Of a DNA stretch of 64,000 bases, positions 53,174 to 61,188 are shown in pieces. The stretch is from Patescibacteria group bacterium (GTDB lineage: Bacteria > Patescibacteriota > Patescibacteriia > UBA9570 > JAHJKD01): contig JAZDOC010000017.1 in NCBI GenBank assembly GCA_043798935.1, positions 381 through 64,380 of the forward strand. Reading direction: 5' to 3'. The translations under genes were made by a program, and so were the position numbers. Under the pieces are notes generated by a model. That model was not told the DNA's origin. It ran no database searches and saw nothing but the letters and a program-made list of their open reading frames with translations. Position 1 is the stretch's first letter; every line of letters starts with the position of its first letter.

Positions 53174-55252
53174 TTAACTAATAAGTTCTTTGGGAAGATC
53201 GCCTAAGAAGCGGGATGGTTTGTTGGCTTGAGTTGAGCCGTAAATTGTTCGTTCACTGGCATATATCATATACAGTTTGGTTTTAGCGCGGGTAATAGCT
53301 ACATAGCATAAGCGTCTTTCTTCTTCCATTTCTTCAGGTTCAAATAGCGACCTGGAATGAGGGAATAAACCCTCTTCCATGCCGACCACAAACACATTTT
53401 TAAATTCTAAACCCTTGGCCGCATGGATGGTCATTAAGTTAACAGCTTTGGCGTTTTCATCTACTTCATCCTGATCCGAGGATAAGCTGATTTCTTCTAA
53501 GAAAGCATGAACAGCTTCAATGCCTTTTAAATGCGAATGTTTTTGAGCCACGGTTTTTAGTTCCATGATATTTTCCCAGCGGCTTAAATTTTCTCGACTG
53601 CCATCTTGTAATACTTTTTTATAACCGGTTTTTTCAGCTATTAAATCGATTAAAGAGTTAATTTTTAAATCAGCAATCTGTTGATGCAAATATTGAATGA
53701 TTTTTTGAAATTGAAAAAAAGCTTCTAAACTTTTAGTTTGAATTTTTGGTAGTTCGTCGGTAGCAATGGTTAAAATATTTTTATTTTTCTCACGGCAAGT
53801 AGCTTCAATTTTTTGCCAGGAAACTTTTCCTAAGCCACGTGGCGGTTCATTGCAAACTCTTTCTAAACTCACCCAATCATCGGGGTTCACCAGAACACGC
53901 AAATAACTCATAATGTCTCTAACTTCTTTTCGATCATAAAATTTAATTCCGCCGATAACACGATAGGGAATACCATATTTAAGACAACTTTCTTCGATGG
54001 CACGCGATTGAGCGTTGGTACGGTAAAGCACTACGAATTCTGAAAAGTCGGTGATTTTAATTTTCTTCTTTATTTCATCGGTGATTAAGTTTTCATGGCG
54101 GTGGATGCTGAAAGTTTCACTTTGCATAATTCGATCTAAAATACTTTGCGGGGCAGACGGTTCTTCTAGTTCATAAGTTAATTCACTTTTATCATCCTCT
54201 TTCTTTTTTTTCTTTTCATGTTCTAAATCCAAAATCGAGCGTACAATAAATTCACCTTCGCCTTTTTCATCCTCGGCTTCATGAACGGTAATTTTTGATC
54301 CGCTAGGGTTATCAGTCCAGAGCTTTTTTTCTTTTTGAGTGATGTTGTATTTAATAATTTCATTGGAAGCGGCGATGATGTTTTTAGTGGAGCGGTAATT
54401 TTGCTCTAATAATACTACGTTGGCTTGCGGGTAATCTTTTTCAAAGTTTAAAATATTTTTCATGTTAGCGCCTCTCCATCCATAAATGGCCTGAAAATCA
54501 TCACCCACGACACACAAATTTTTATGTTTTTGGGCCAGCATTTGGATTAATAAATACTGCACTTTGTTGGTGTCTTGATATTCGTCCACTAAAATATATT
54601 GGAAAGCTTTTTGATACTTTGCTAATACTTCGGGAAAGTCTCGGAAAAGTTCGACAACTTTCATGATGAGATCGTCAAAGTCGAGCGCGTTGTGTTCTTT
54701 TAATTCGGATTGATAACGAGCATAAACCTGGCTGGTAATTTTTTCAATTAATGAATTGTGATGGCCGAATGCCTCATCGTAATCGCCGGCTGATTGTAAT
54801 TCGTTTTTAGCACGAGAAATTAAAATAGCTATGGCTTTAGGTGAAAGGTTGTTTTGATCAAAACCAATATCTTTTAATATTTTTTTTATTAAATACAAAC
54901 TATCGCGATCATCAAAAATAACAAAATTTTTATTATACTCGAGATGATGAATTTCACGACGCAATATTTGTACGCAAATCGCATGGAACGTACCCATGAT
55001 GGGAATTATTTTTGTGCTTTTACCCAGCAGTTTGCGAACTCGATCTTTCATTTCTTTAGCCGCTTTATTGGTAAAAGTGACGGCTAAAATATGTTGTGGT
55101 TTAATGCCTTTGTATTCTATTAAATAGGCGATACGGTGCACCAGAGTTTTTGTTTTTCCGGATCCGGCGCCGGCTAGAATAAGTACTGGACCGTTTAAGG
55201 CCTCAACGGCAGTGCGCTGTTCTTTGTTTAAGGGTGCTAATATTTTATGCAT
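53174..55252 (-). CDS. pcrA: ATP-dependent DNA helicase PcrA/UvrD
   Basis: LAGAGSGKT, VTFTNKAA, VDEYQDTN, LEQNYRST, MTIHAAKGLEF, EERRLCYVAITRA. Start taken at 55252. Confidence 0.95.
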   Translation of the reverse strand: MHKILAPLNKEQRTAVEALNGPVLILAGAGSGKTKTLVHRIAYLIEYKGIKPQHILAVTFTNKAAKEMKDRVRKLLGKSTKIIPIMGTFHAICVQILRREIHHLEYNKNFVIFDDRDSLYLIKKILKDIGFDQNNLSPKAIAILISRAKNELQSAGDYDEAFGHHNSLIEKITSQVYARYQSELKEHNALDFDDLIMKVVELFRDFPEVLAKYQKAFQYILVDEYQDTNKVQYLLIQMLAQKHKNLCVVGDDFQAIYGWRGANMKNILNFEKDYPQANVVLLEQNYRSTKNIIAASNEIIKYNITQKEKKLWTDNPSGSKITVHEAEDEKGEGEFIVRSILDLEHEKKKKKEDDKSELTYELEEPSAPQSILDRIMQSETFSIHRHENLITDEIKKKIKITDFSEFVVLYRTNAQSRAIEESCLKYGIPYRVIGGIKFYDRKEVRDIMSYLRVLVNPDDWVSLERVCNEPPRGLGKVSWQKIEATCREKNKNILTIATDELPKIQTKSLEAFFQFQKIIQYLHQQIADLKINSLIDLIAEKTGYKKVLQDGSRENLSRWENIMELKTVAQKHSHLKGIEAVHAFLEEISLSSDQDEVDENAKAVNLMTIHAAKGLEFKNVFVVGMEEGLFPHSRSLFEPEEMEEERRLCYVAITRAKTKLYMIYASERTIYGSTQANKPSRFLGDLPKELIS

Positions 55253-55333
55253 GAAGTATAGAATAACATATAAATAGTTGCCAAGCAATCCAATATTGAT
55301 ATAATGCACATATTAAATAATAATAATTATTTT

Positions 55334-56218
55334 ATGCTTGAATATGGATATTTTCGCTTAGGCTACAAAGATTTCCATCATTGTTTTAGCAGATTATTGA
55401 TGTACCACAATCAAGGAGAACAATTAAAAATTGGTGATGATGTGATTGATCTTTCCGACTTAGCATTGGCAATTTACGATTTTGCCGCAAGAACACAGCT
55501 GGAATTGCTTAAAAAAATGGGAGCAACTCCGCGTCAGCCGTCTGATTCAATTAAAATACGGCCAATCGATTCACCGCGCGCTGTGGTTGAAGAAGAAAAT
55601 TTGATACCAACAACAATACGCGCTGAAGCTCATCCAATATTTCGTCATGCTGATTTATATTCAGATATTATTGGCTTGGTATCCTTAAATGATTTAAGAG
55701 GTACATTCGTCGTTCCCCCGCGTCATTTAATTAGAGCTATGGTACAACCAGAGCGTCGGGCCGAATGCGATGCTGTTAGCGCTCAAGTAGCTCCTCTGTA
55801 TGATGAAAAAAGAAGAACACAATTTTCAGATTGTACGTCAGTATTAAGCGCGATGGTGTTATTACATGAAATGGCGGCCGAATCATCATCGACAGCGGCA
55901 AATCGGCCTGGGCGTCTAGCGCAAGAGATTTATAATCGTATGACAGTTGAAGCGTGTACACATTTAGAGCAGCGGAGCGATGTTGACGAGCTTTTTAAAG
56001 GGGTTCCATTGCCGCCCGGATTATTAGCGGTTATTAAAGAGCATACTCCTTGTAATAGTGCCTTCAAAGATCCTCGTGATAAATTATTTAATAATAAGGG
56101 CTTTATTAATGCTTTAAATATTGAGCGCCAACAAATGAAAGGTATAGTAGATTTAATTCCCAAAGAGCAGAGAGAGCCGCGCGGAGAAGTGATACAGTTG
56201 ACTTTTCGGTCAAAATAG
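55334..56218 (+). CDS. Hypothetical protein
   Basis: ~295-aa ORF divergent from pcrA, no recognisable motif; start 55334 or 55304. Confidence 0.6.
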   Translation: MLEYGYFRLGYKDFHHCFSRLLMYHNQGEQLKIGDDVIDLSDLALAIYDFAARTQLELLKKMGATPRQPSDSIKIRPIDSPRAVVEEENLIPTTIRAEAHPIFRHADLYSDIIGLVSLNDLRGTFVVPPRHLIRAMVQPERRAECDAVSAQVAPLYDEKRRTQFSDCTSVLSAMVLLHEMAAESSSTAANRPGRLAQEIYNRMTVEACTHLEQRSDVDELFKGVPLPPGLLAVIKEHTPCNSAFKDPRDKLFNNKGFINALNIERQQMKGIVDLIPKEQREPRGEVIQLTFRSK

Positions 56219-56247
56219 GTTAAAATTAAGATATTACGTTCATAACA

Positions 56248-56276
56248 TTGACACAAAATAGAGTTTAAGCTAGTAT
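56248..56276 (+). promoter_or_regulatory. Sigma70-type promoter of secG
   Basis: TTGACA-17 nt-TAGTAT. Confidence 0.6.
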
Positions 56277-56306
56277 TAATCTCGGTTAAATTATTTAATT
56301 TTATTT

Positions 56307-56537
56307 ATGGATTTACTTACAGTGTTAAATATCGTTGAAATTATAGTAATTGTTCTATTAATTATTACTATCTTATTACAGCAAAAAGGCTCTGGGCTTG
56401 GCTCGGCTTTCGGTGGCGGTTCAGATAACATCTATGCTACCAAGCGCGGTGCGGAAAAATTTATTTATTACTCTTCAATAGTATTGGCAGTTTTATTCTT
56501 AGCCATAGCTTTAGCTAGCTTTCTAATTCAGAAATAA
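56307..56537 (+). CDS. secG: Preprotein translocase subunit SecG
   Basis: Two TM with ILLQQKGSGLGSAFGG and TKRGAEK. Confidence 0.93.
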   Translation: MDLLTVLNIVEIIVIVLLIITILLQQKGSGLGSAFGGGSDNIYATKRGAEKFIYYSSIVLAVLFLAIALASFLIQK

Positions 56538-56598
56538 TTCTTCATGGAAGATTCATCTTCACCTCTTCCGTCTAAACCGGAAGAAAAAAAAAATAGAT

Positions 56599-58335
56599 TT
56601 GGTTTTTGGTATAGCCAAAAAAAAGATACCATCTTGGGCACAGCTTAAATATGTTGGTCATGTTTTAAATTTTCAAGAGCGTTGGATAATAGATATGTGC
56701 CTGGGAGTGATTATTTTAGCATCCATCTTTATGGGCGCTTTTCTTTATTTCAATAATACTGAATTGGTGCCATCTCTGGGTGGTGGATACACCGAAGCTT
56801 TAGTGGGGTATCCGGAAAGAATTAACCCGATTTTAGCCCAGACTAATGATGTGGACATGGATTTATCAGCTTTAATTTATTCCGGATTATTTTCTTTTAA
56901 CGAAAAACAAGAATTACAGCCCGATTTAGTAAGTAATTATGAAATTTCTGAAGATCTTAAAACTTACACTTTTTATTTAAAACAAGATGTTAAATGGCAC
57001 GATGGTGAAAATTTAATGGCGGATGATGTTATTTTCACTGTTAATTCTATTCAGGATAAATTATTTCAGTCACCATTGGAATCAAGTTTGCGCGGTGTTC
57101 AAGCTGAGAAAATTAGTGATTATGCTTTCAAGCTTACTCTAAAAGAAGTGTTTTCGCCGTTTTTATCTACTCTTACTTTTGGAATATTGCCTAAACATGT
57201 TTGGTATGATATCAGCCAGGTAACTTCACAAAATATTTTTTTAACTGAGTATAATTTACAGCCCATTGGTTCTGGTCCGTACATGTTCGACTCGCTGGTT
57301 AAAGATAAACAAGGCAATATTAAATCGTATCAGCTAACGGTTTTTAGTGATTATTATAATAATAAGCCAAATATTGAAAAGTTAAATTTTATTTTTTATG
57401 CCGATATGTTTTCGGCCATGGATGCATTGGAGCGAAAACAAGTTGATGGATTGTTTGCCGTGCCAATTGAAAACAAAGAAGATGTTTTAAAAAAGAATCG
57501 GCAAGTAAACATAAATAATTTACGCTTGCCCCAATATACTGCGATTTTTTTCAATCAAGATAATTCAAAAGTTTTAAAAAGGCCCAAAGTGCGCGAAGCC
57601 TTGGCCTTAGGAGTTGATCGCGATGATATTATTAATCAAGTTTTACAAGGTGAAGGTATTCCAATTTATACACCCATTATTCCTGGCTACCTGGGCTATA
57701 ATACCGAAGTAAACAAACACGATTATAACACTGATCAGGCCAAACAACTATTAGAAGATGACGGCTGGAAAATGGTTGATGGTGAAAATTATCGTCAAAA
57801 AGACGACATGGTGCTAGAGTTTACAATTTCCACGGTTGATCAAAGTGAATATCTGGCAGCTTTAGAGGAATTAAAAAATAGTTGGCAAGCCATGGGTTTT
57901 AAAATAAACATTAATACTTATGCGGCTCAAGATATCAGAGAACAAATTATTAATGATCGAAATTACGAAGCATTGTTGTTTGGTGAAATTATGGGTACAG
58001 ACCCTGATCCATATGCTTTTTGGCACTCTTCACAACAAGAATATCCGGGTTTGGCATTAGCTATTTTTTATCAGAAAGATATTGACGGCTTATTGGAAGA
58101 TGCTCGTAAAACTACTGATGCTGAGCAAAGACGGTTGAGATATTTTCATTTTCAAAATGTATTAGCTGAAGAAATTCCTGCCATTTTTCTTTATAGTCCT
58201 AATTATACTTATGTTGTTAATAAAAAAATTCAGGGTATTGAATTAGAAAATGTTCCATTACCAAGCGGTCGTTTTTCAGAAATTACCAATTGGTATATCA
58301 AAACAGAGAGAATCAGAAAAAGCAAAGAGCAATAA
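56599..58335 (+). CDS. Peptide ABC transporter substrate-binding protein (family 5), TM-anchored; 5' end may extend to 56544 across an A10 tract
   Basis: INPIL, LIYSGL, YTFYLKQDVKWHDGE..ADDVIFT, PIGSGPY, VREALA. Confidence 0.9.
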   Translation: MVFGIAKKKIPSWAQLKYVGHVLNFQERWIIDMCLGVIILASIFMGAFLYFNNTELVPSLGGGYTEALVGYPERINPILAQTNDVDMDLSALIYSGLFSFNEKQELQPDLVSNYEISEDLKTYTFYLKQDVKWHDGENLMADDVIFTVNSIQDKLFQSPLESSLRGVQAEKISDYAFKLTLKEVFSPFLSTLTFGILPKHVWYDISQVTSQNIFLTEYNLQPIGSGPYMFDSLVKDKQGNIKSYQLTVFSDYYNNKPNIEKLNFIFYADMFSAMDALERKQVDGLFAVPIENKEDVLKKNRQVNINNLRLPQYTAIFFNQDNSKVLKRPKVREALALGVDRDDIINQVLQGEGIPIYTPIIPGYLGYNTEVNKHDYNTDQAKQLLEDDGWKMVDGENYRQKDDMVLEFTISTVDQSEYLAALEELKNSWQAMGFKININTYAAQDIREQIINDRNYEALLFGEIMGTDPDPYAFWHSSQQEYPGLALAIFYQKDIDGLLEDARKTTDAEQRRLRYFHFQNVLAEEIPAIFLYSPNYTYVVNKKIQGIELENVPLPSGRFSEITNWYIKTERIRKSKEQ

Positions 58336-58476
58336 ATATTATCTTTTTATATAGATAGCATCAAAATTTCGAATCCGGAATTTCGAATTTTGAATGAATT
58401 TTTATTGTAAATTGAAAATTGAACATTTGTTGTTAATTTAAAAAATTAGAAAATTAAAAAATTATTAATTATATTT

Positions 58477-60252
58477 ATGAAATCAAAAAGACGTTTGCAG
58501 ATGGCGGCCGATAATCAAAAAAAACGGTTTATTAAGCCACGCAACGAAAAAACAAAAATTGACATGGTGCCAAAAATCACCAAGTTAAGCAAAAGCGGAA
58601 ACAAATTAAAATTAGCCATCATGGGTGGCGCCGAAGAAGTTGGCCGTAACATGACCATGATAGAATACGGCGATGACATTATTTTAATTGATTGTGGCTT
58701 GCAGTTTCCCGAAGAAGATCAACCCGGCATAGATTATATTATTCCTAATGTGTCGTGTTTGCGCGGTCGGGAAAAAAATGTAAGAGGTATTATTATTACC
58801 CATGGACATTACGACCATATTGGCGGTTTGCCGCATGTTTCACCAGTTTTGCATAATCCACCAATTTACGGCACTAAATTAACTTTAGGCATTATTGAAA
58901 AACGCCAGGAAGATTTTAACGGTAAGCTGGATTTACGCGTGATAAACAGCGATGATAAATTAAACTTGGGTCAATTCCGCGTAGAATTTTTCCGTGTTAA
59001 TCATAATATTCCAGATTGTGTGGGAATAATTGTTAGAACTCCGGAAGGCACCATCGTTCATACTGGTGATTTTAAATTCGATTATACTCCGGTAATGGAT
59101 AAGATGGCCGAGTTTCATAAAATAGCTAAACTCGGAGAAGAAGGAGTTTTAGCATTATTATCGGATTCAACCAATGCTGAAAATCCTGGACAGCAAATTT
59201 CCGAAAGCAAGATCGGCGAAGTATTAGAAGATCTTTTTAGTAAAGCCAAAGGACGAATTATCGTGGGCACCTTTGCTTCGCTATTAACCAGGGTACAACA
59301 AGTTATTTGGTTAGCTGAAAAAACCGGACGTAAAGTTGTGATTGAAGGTTTTAGTATGAAAAACAATGTGGCCATTTGCCAGAAGTTAGGGTATTTAGAA
59401 GTTAATTCTAAAACTTTAATTACGGCGGCCGAAGGCACAAAATTGCCCGAAGATAAATTGGTTATCATGTGCACGGGTGCCCAGGGCGAAGGTAATGCGG
59501 CTTTAATGCGCATTGCCGGACGTGAACATAAATATTTTCATATTCAGCCCAATGATACAGTAATTTTTTCTTCTTCGATCGTACCCGGCAACGAACGTAC
59601 AGTACAAAAATTAAAAGATACCATTGTAAAAGAAGGCGCTACTGTAATGCATTATAAAATGATGGATGTTCATGCGGGCGGACACGCACAGGCTGAAGAT
59701 TTAAAATTATTATACAGCCTGGTAAAGCCTAAATATATTATGCCGGTAGAAGGTAATGCCTTCATGTTGCGCGCGGCAGGTAAAGTGGCTGAAACACTGG
59801 GTTGGGAAAAAGATAAAGTTATTATGGCGGAAAATGGTAAAGTAGTGGAATTTTCCGGCGGCGAAGCACATATTCTAAAAAAGAAATTGGACACTGATTA
59901 TGTAATGGTTGATGGATTGGGAGTAGGCGATGTTTCTAATGTGGTGTTAAGAGATCGTCAGTTAATGAGTGAAGACGGAATGTTTGTAATTATTGCAACT
60001 GTCGATTCTAAAACCGGCGCCTTGATCGGTAGTCCGGATATTATTTCACGTGGCTTTGTTTACATGAAAAACAGCAAGAAATTAATTGAAGAAGCCAGAG
60101 CCAAGGTAAAAGCGGTTTTAGTCGATAAAAATTCTAAAGATGCCGCTAACACCATGTATTTAAAAAATAAATTACGTGATGAGATCGGAAGGTTTTTATT
60201 TTTAAAAACACAACGTCGGCCAATGATCTTGCCGGTGGTACTGGAAGTTTAA
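58477..60252 (+). CDS. rnj: Ribonuclease J
   Basis: GGAEEVGRNM, THGHYDHIG, HTGDFKFD, SDSTNA, CTGAQGE, HAGGHA, RRPMILPV. Confidence 0.97.
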   Translation: MKSKRRLQMAADNQKKRFIKPRNEKTKIDMVPKITKLSKSGNKLKLAIMGGAEEVGRNMTMIEYGDDIILIDCGLQFPEEDQPGIDYIIPNVSCLRGREKNVRGIIITHGHYDHIGGLPHVSPVLHNPPIYGTKLTLGIIEKRQEDFNGKLDLRVINSDDKLNLGQFRVEFFRVNHNIPDCVGIIVRTPEGTIVHTGDFKFDYTPVMDKMAEFHKIAKLGEEGVLALLSDSTNAENPGQQISESKIGEVLEDLFSKAKGRIIVGTFASLLTRVQQVIWLAEKTGRKVVIEGFSMKNNVAICQKLGYLEVNSKTLITAAEGTKLPEDKLVIMCTGAQGEGNAALMRIAGREHKYFHIQPNDTVIFSSSIVPGNERTVQKLKDTIVKEGATVMHYKMMDVHAGGHAQAEDLKLLYSLVKPKYIMPVEGNAFMLRAAGKVAETLGWEKDKVIMAENGKVVEFSGGEAHILKKKLDTDYVMVDGLGVGDVSNVVLRDRQLMSEDGMFVIIATVDSKTGALIGSPDIISRGFVYMKNSKKLIEEARAKVKAVLVDKNSKDAANTMYLKNKLRDEIGRFLFLKTQRRPMILPVVLEV

Positions 60253-60288
60253 AATAATAAAATTTTTTGTGGGTGCGAAAATGTGTAA

Positions 60289-60318
60289 TGTAGGTGCGAA
60301 TGCGTATTCGCACCTACA
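60289..60318. repeat. GTAG REP-like palindrome
   Basis: TGTAGGTGCGAATGCGTATTCGCACCTACA; a partial copy TGTGGGTGCGAA lies at 60268-60279. Confidence 0.8.
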
Positions 60319-60422
60319 ACGCCACATCATGGTGCTATTTACAAAAGCGAAAATTTTTGCTAAACTAATTATACAAGGCGTAAATTATTACGTCTTTTAT
60401 AAAACAAAAAATAAAAATAAAA

Positions 60423-60515
60423 ATGGAAAAAGCCAACAAGTATTATTATTTGATTTCGTTGATGTTTTGTATCGGTGCTGTCACTATGGCATTCAGTGTC
60501 TTGCAGGCAGTGTAA
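60423..60515 (+). CDS. 30-aa single-TM small protein (not in the ORF track)
   Basis: MEKANKYYYLISLMFCIGAVTMAFSVLQAV*. Promoter TTTACA-17-TAAACT with extended TG at 60338-60366, A-rich leader, terminator downstream. Confidence 0.6.
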   Translation: MEKANKYYYLISLMFCIGAVTMAFSVLQAV

Positions 60516-60538
60516 TTAGAAGAGATCTCATTAATATT

Positions 60539-60565
60539 AAACCCGTTATGATGACGGGTTTTTTT
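60539..60565 (+). terminator. Intrinsic terminator after the small ORF
   Basis: AAACCCGTTA-TGA-TGACGGGTTTTTTT. Confidence 0.8.
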
Positions 60566-60588
60566 GTTTGTATATAGATATATAATGA

Positions 60589-60618
60589 TGTAGAGACGCT
60601 CTATGGCGCGTCTCTACA
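60589..60618. repeat. GTAG REP-like palindrome (same arms as 46131-46158)
   Basis: TGTAGAGACGC-TCTATGGC-GCGTCTCTACA. Confidence 0.8.
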
Positions 60619-60631
60619 GTAAATATTCCTC

Positions 60632-60716
60632 TTGACATTTTCAAAAACAGGGGATATGATGTTTTGTTATTAAAAATTGCTTATTTTTTGACAATGAAGC
60701 AAAAAAATGATATAAT
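60632..60716 (+). promoter_or_regulatory. Tandem sigma70-type promoters
   Basis: TTGACA-17-TATGAT (60632-60660) and a perfect TTGACA-17-TATAAT with extended TG (60688-60716). Confidence 0.8.
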
Positions 60717-60748
60717 TAAAGCATTATAATCATTAAATCATAATAAAA

Positions 60749-61156
60749 ATGAACTTTTTAGATCAAGATTTTCCAAATGAATATGCCAAGCAAATAATGG
60801 CCGAAGCTAATATGAAAGATTTAGATGAAAAGTATTTGCAAGATTATGAAAATCGTTTGGCTGGTTTGATTGTTAGCCGTCTACAAGCCATTGCCACTAA
60901 TAATATTAGTGAAGCCGGCCGGCAGGAATATGAAAAAGTTATGGCCGATAAAAGCTTGGATAATGAAACACTGCGCGCTAAAATTTCCGAAATTTGGCAA
61001 AAAGAGATTCCAGATTATACTGCCGTCATGGAAAATGGTCTATTAGAATTCGCTAAAGAATATTTAAGCAATTTTTCCATGTTTCAAGAACCAGAAGCTG
61101 AACCGGAAATTGAACCTGAAGTAAAGCCAGAAGCTGATAATAATCAAACAGCTTAA
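60749..61156 (+). CDS. Hypothetical acidic helical protein
   Basis: 135-aa ORF behind strong promoters; EPE-repeat tail. Confidence 0.7.
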   Translation: MNFLDQDFPNEYAKQIMAEANMKDLDEKYLQDYENRLAGLIVSRLQAIATNNISEAGRQEYEKVMADKSLDNETLRAKISEIWQKEIPDYTAVMENGLLEFAKEYLSNFSMFQEPEAEPEIEPEVKPEADNNQTA

Positions 61157-61188
61157 ATTAAAATATTTTTAACAAATCTCAATAATTT

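Noticed and set aside
58361-58425. TTCGAA-containing inverted repeat and AATTGAA repeats before rnj
   Set aside because: AT-rich weak stem with no second copy in the window; no function can be assigned.
60269-60577. 102-aa track ORF
   Set aside because: It crosses a palindrome, a promoter and a terminator; the nested 30-aa ORF explains the signals better.
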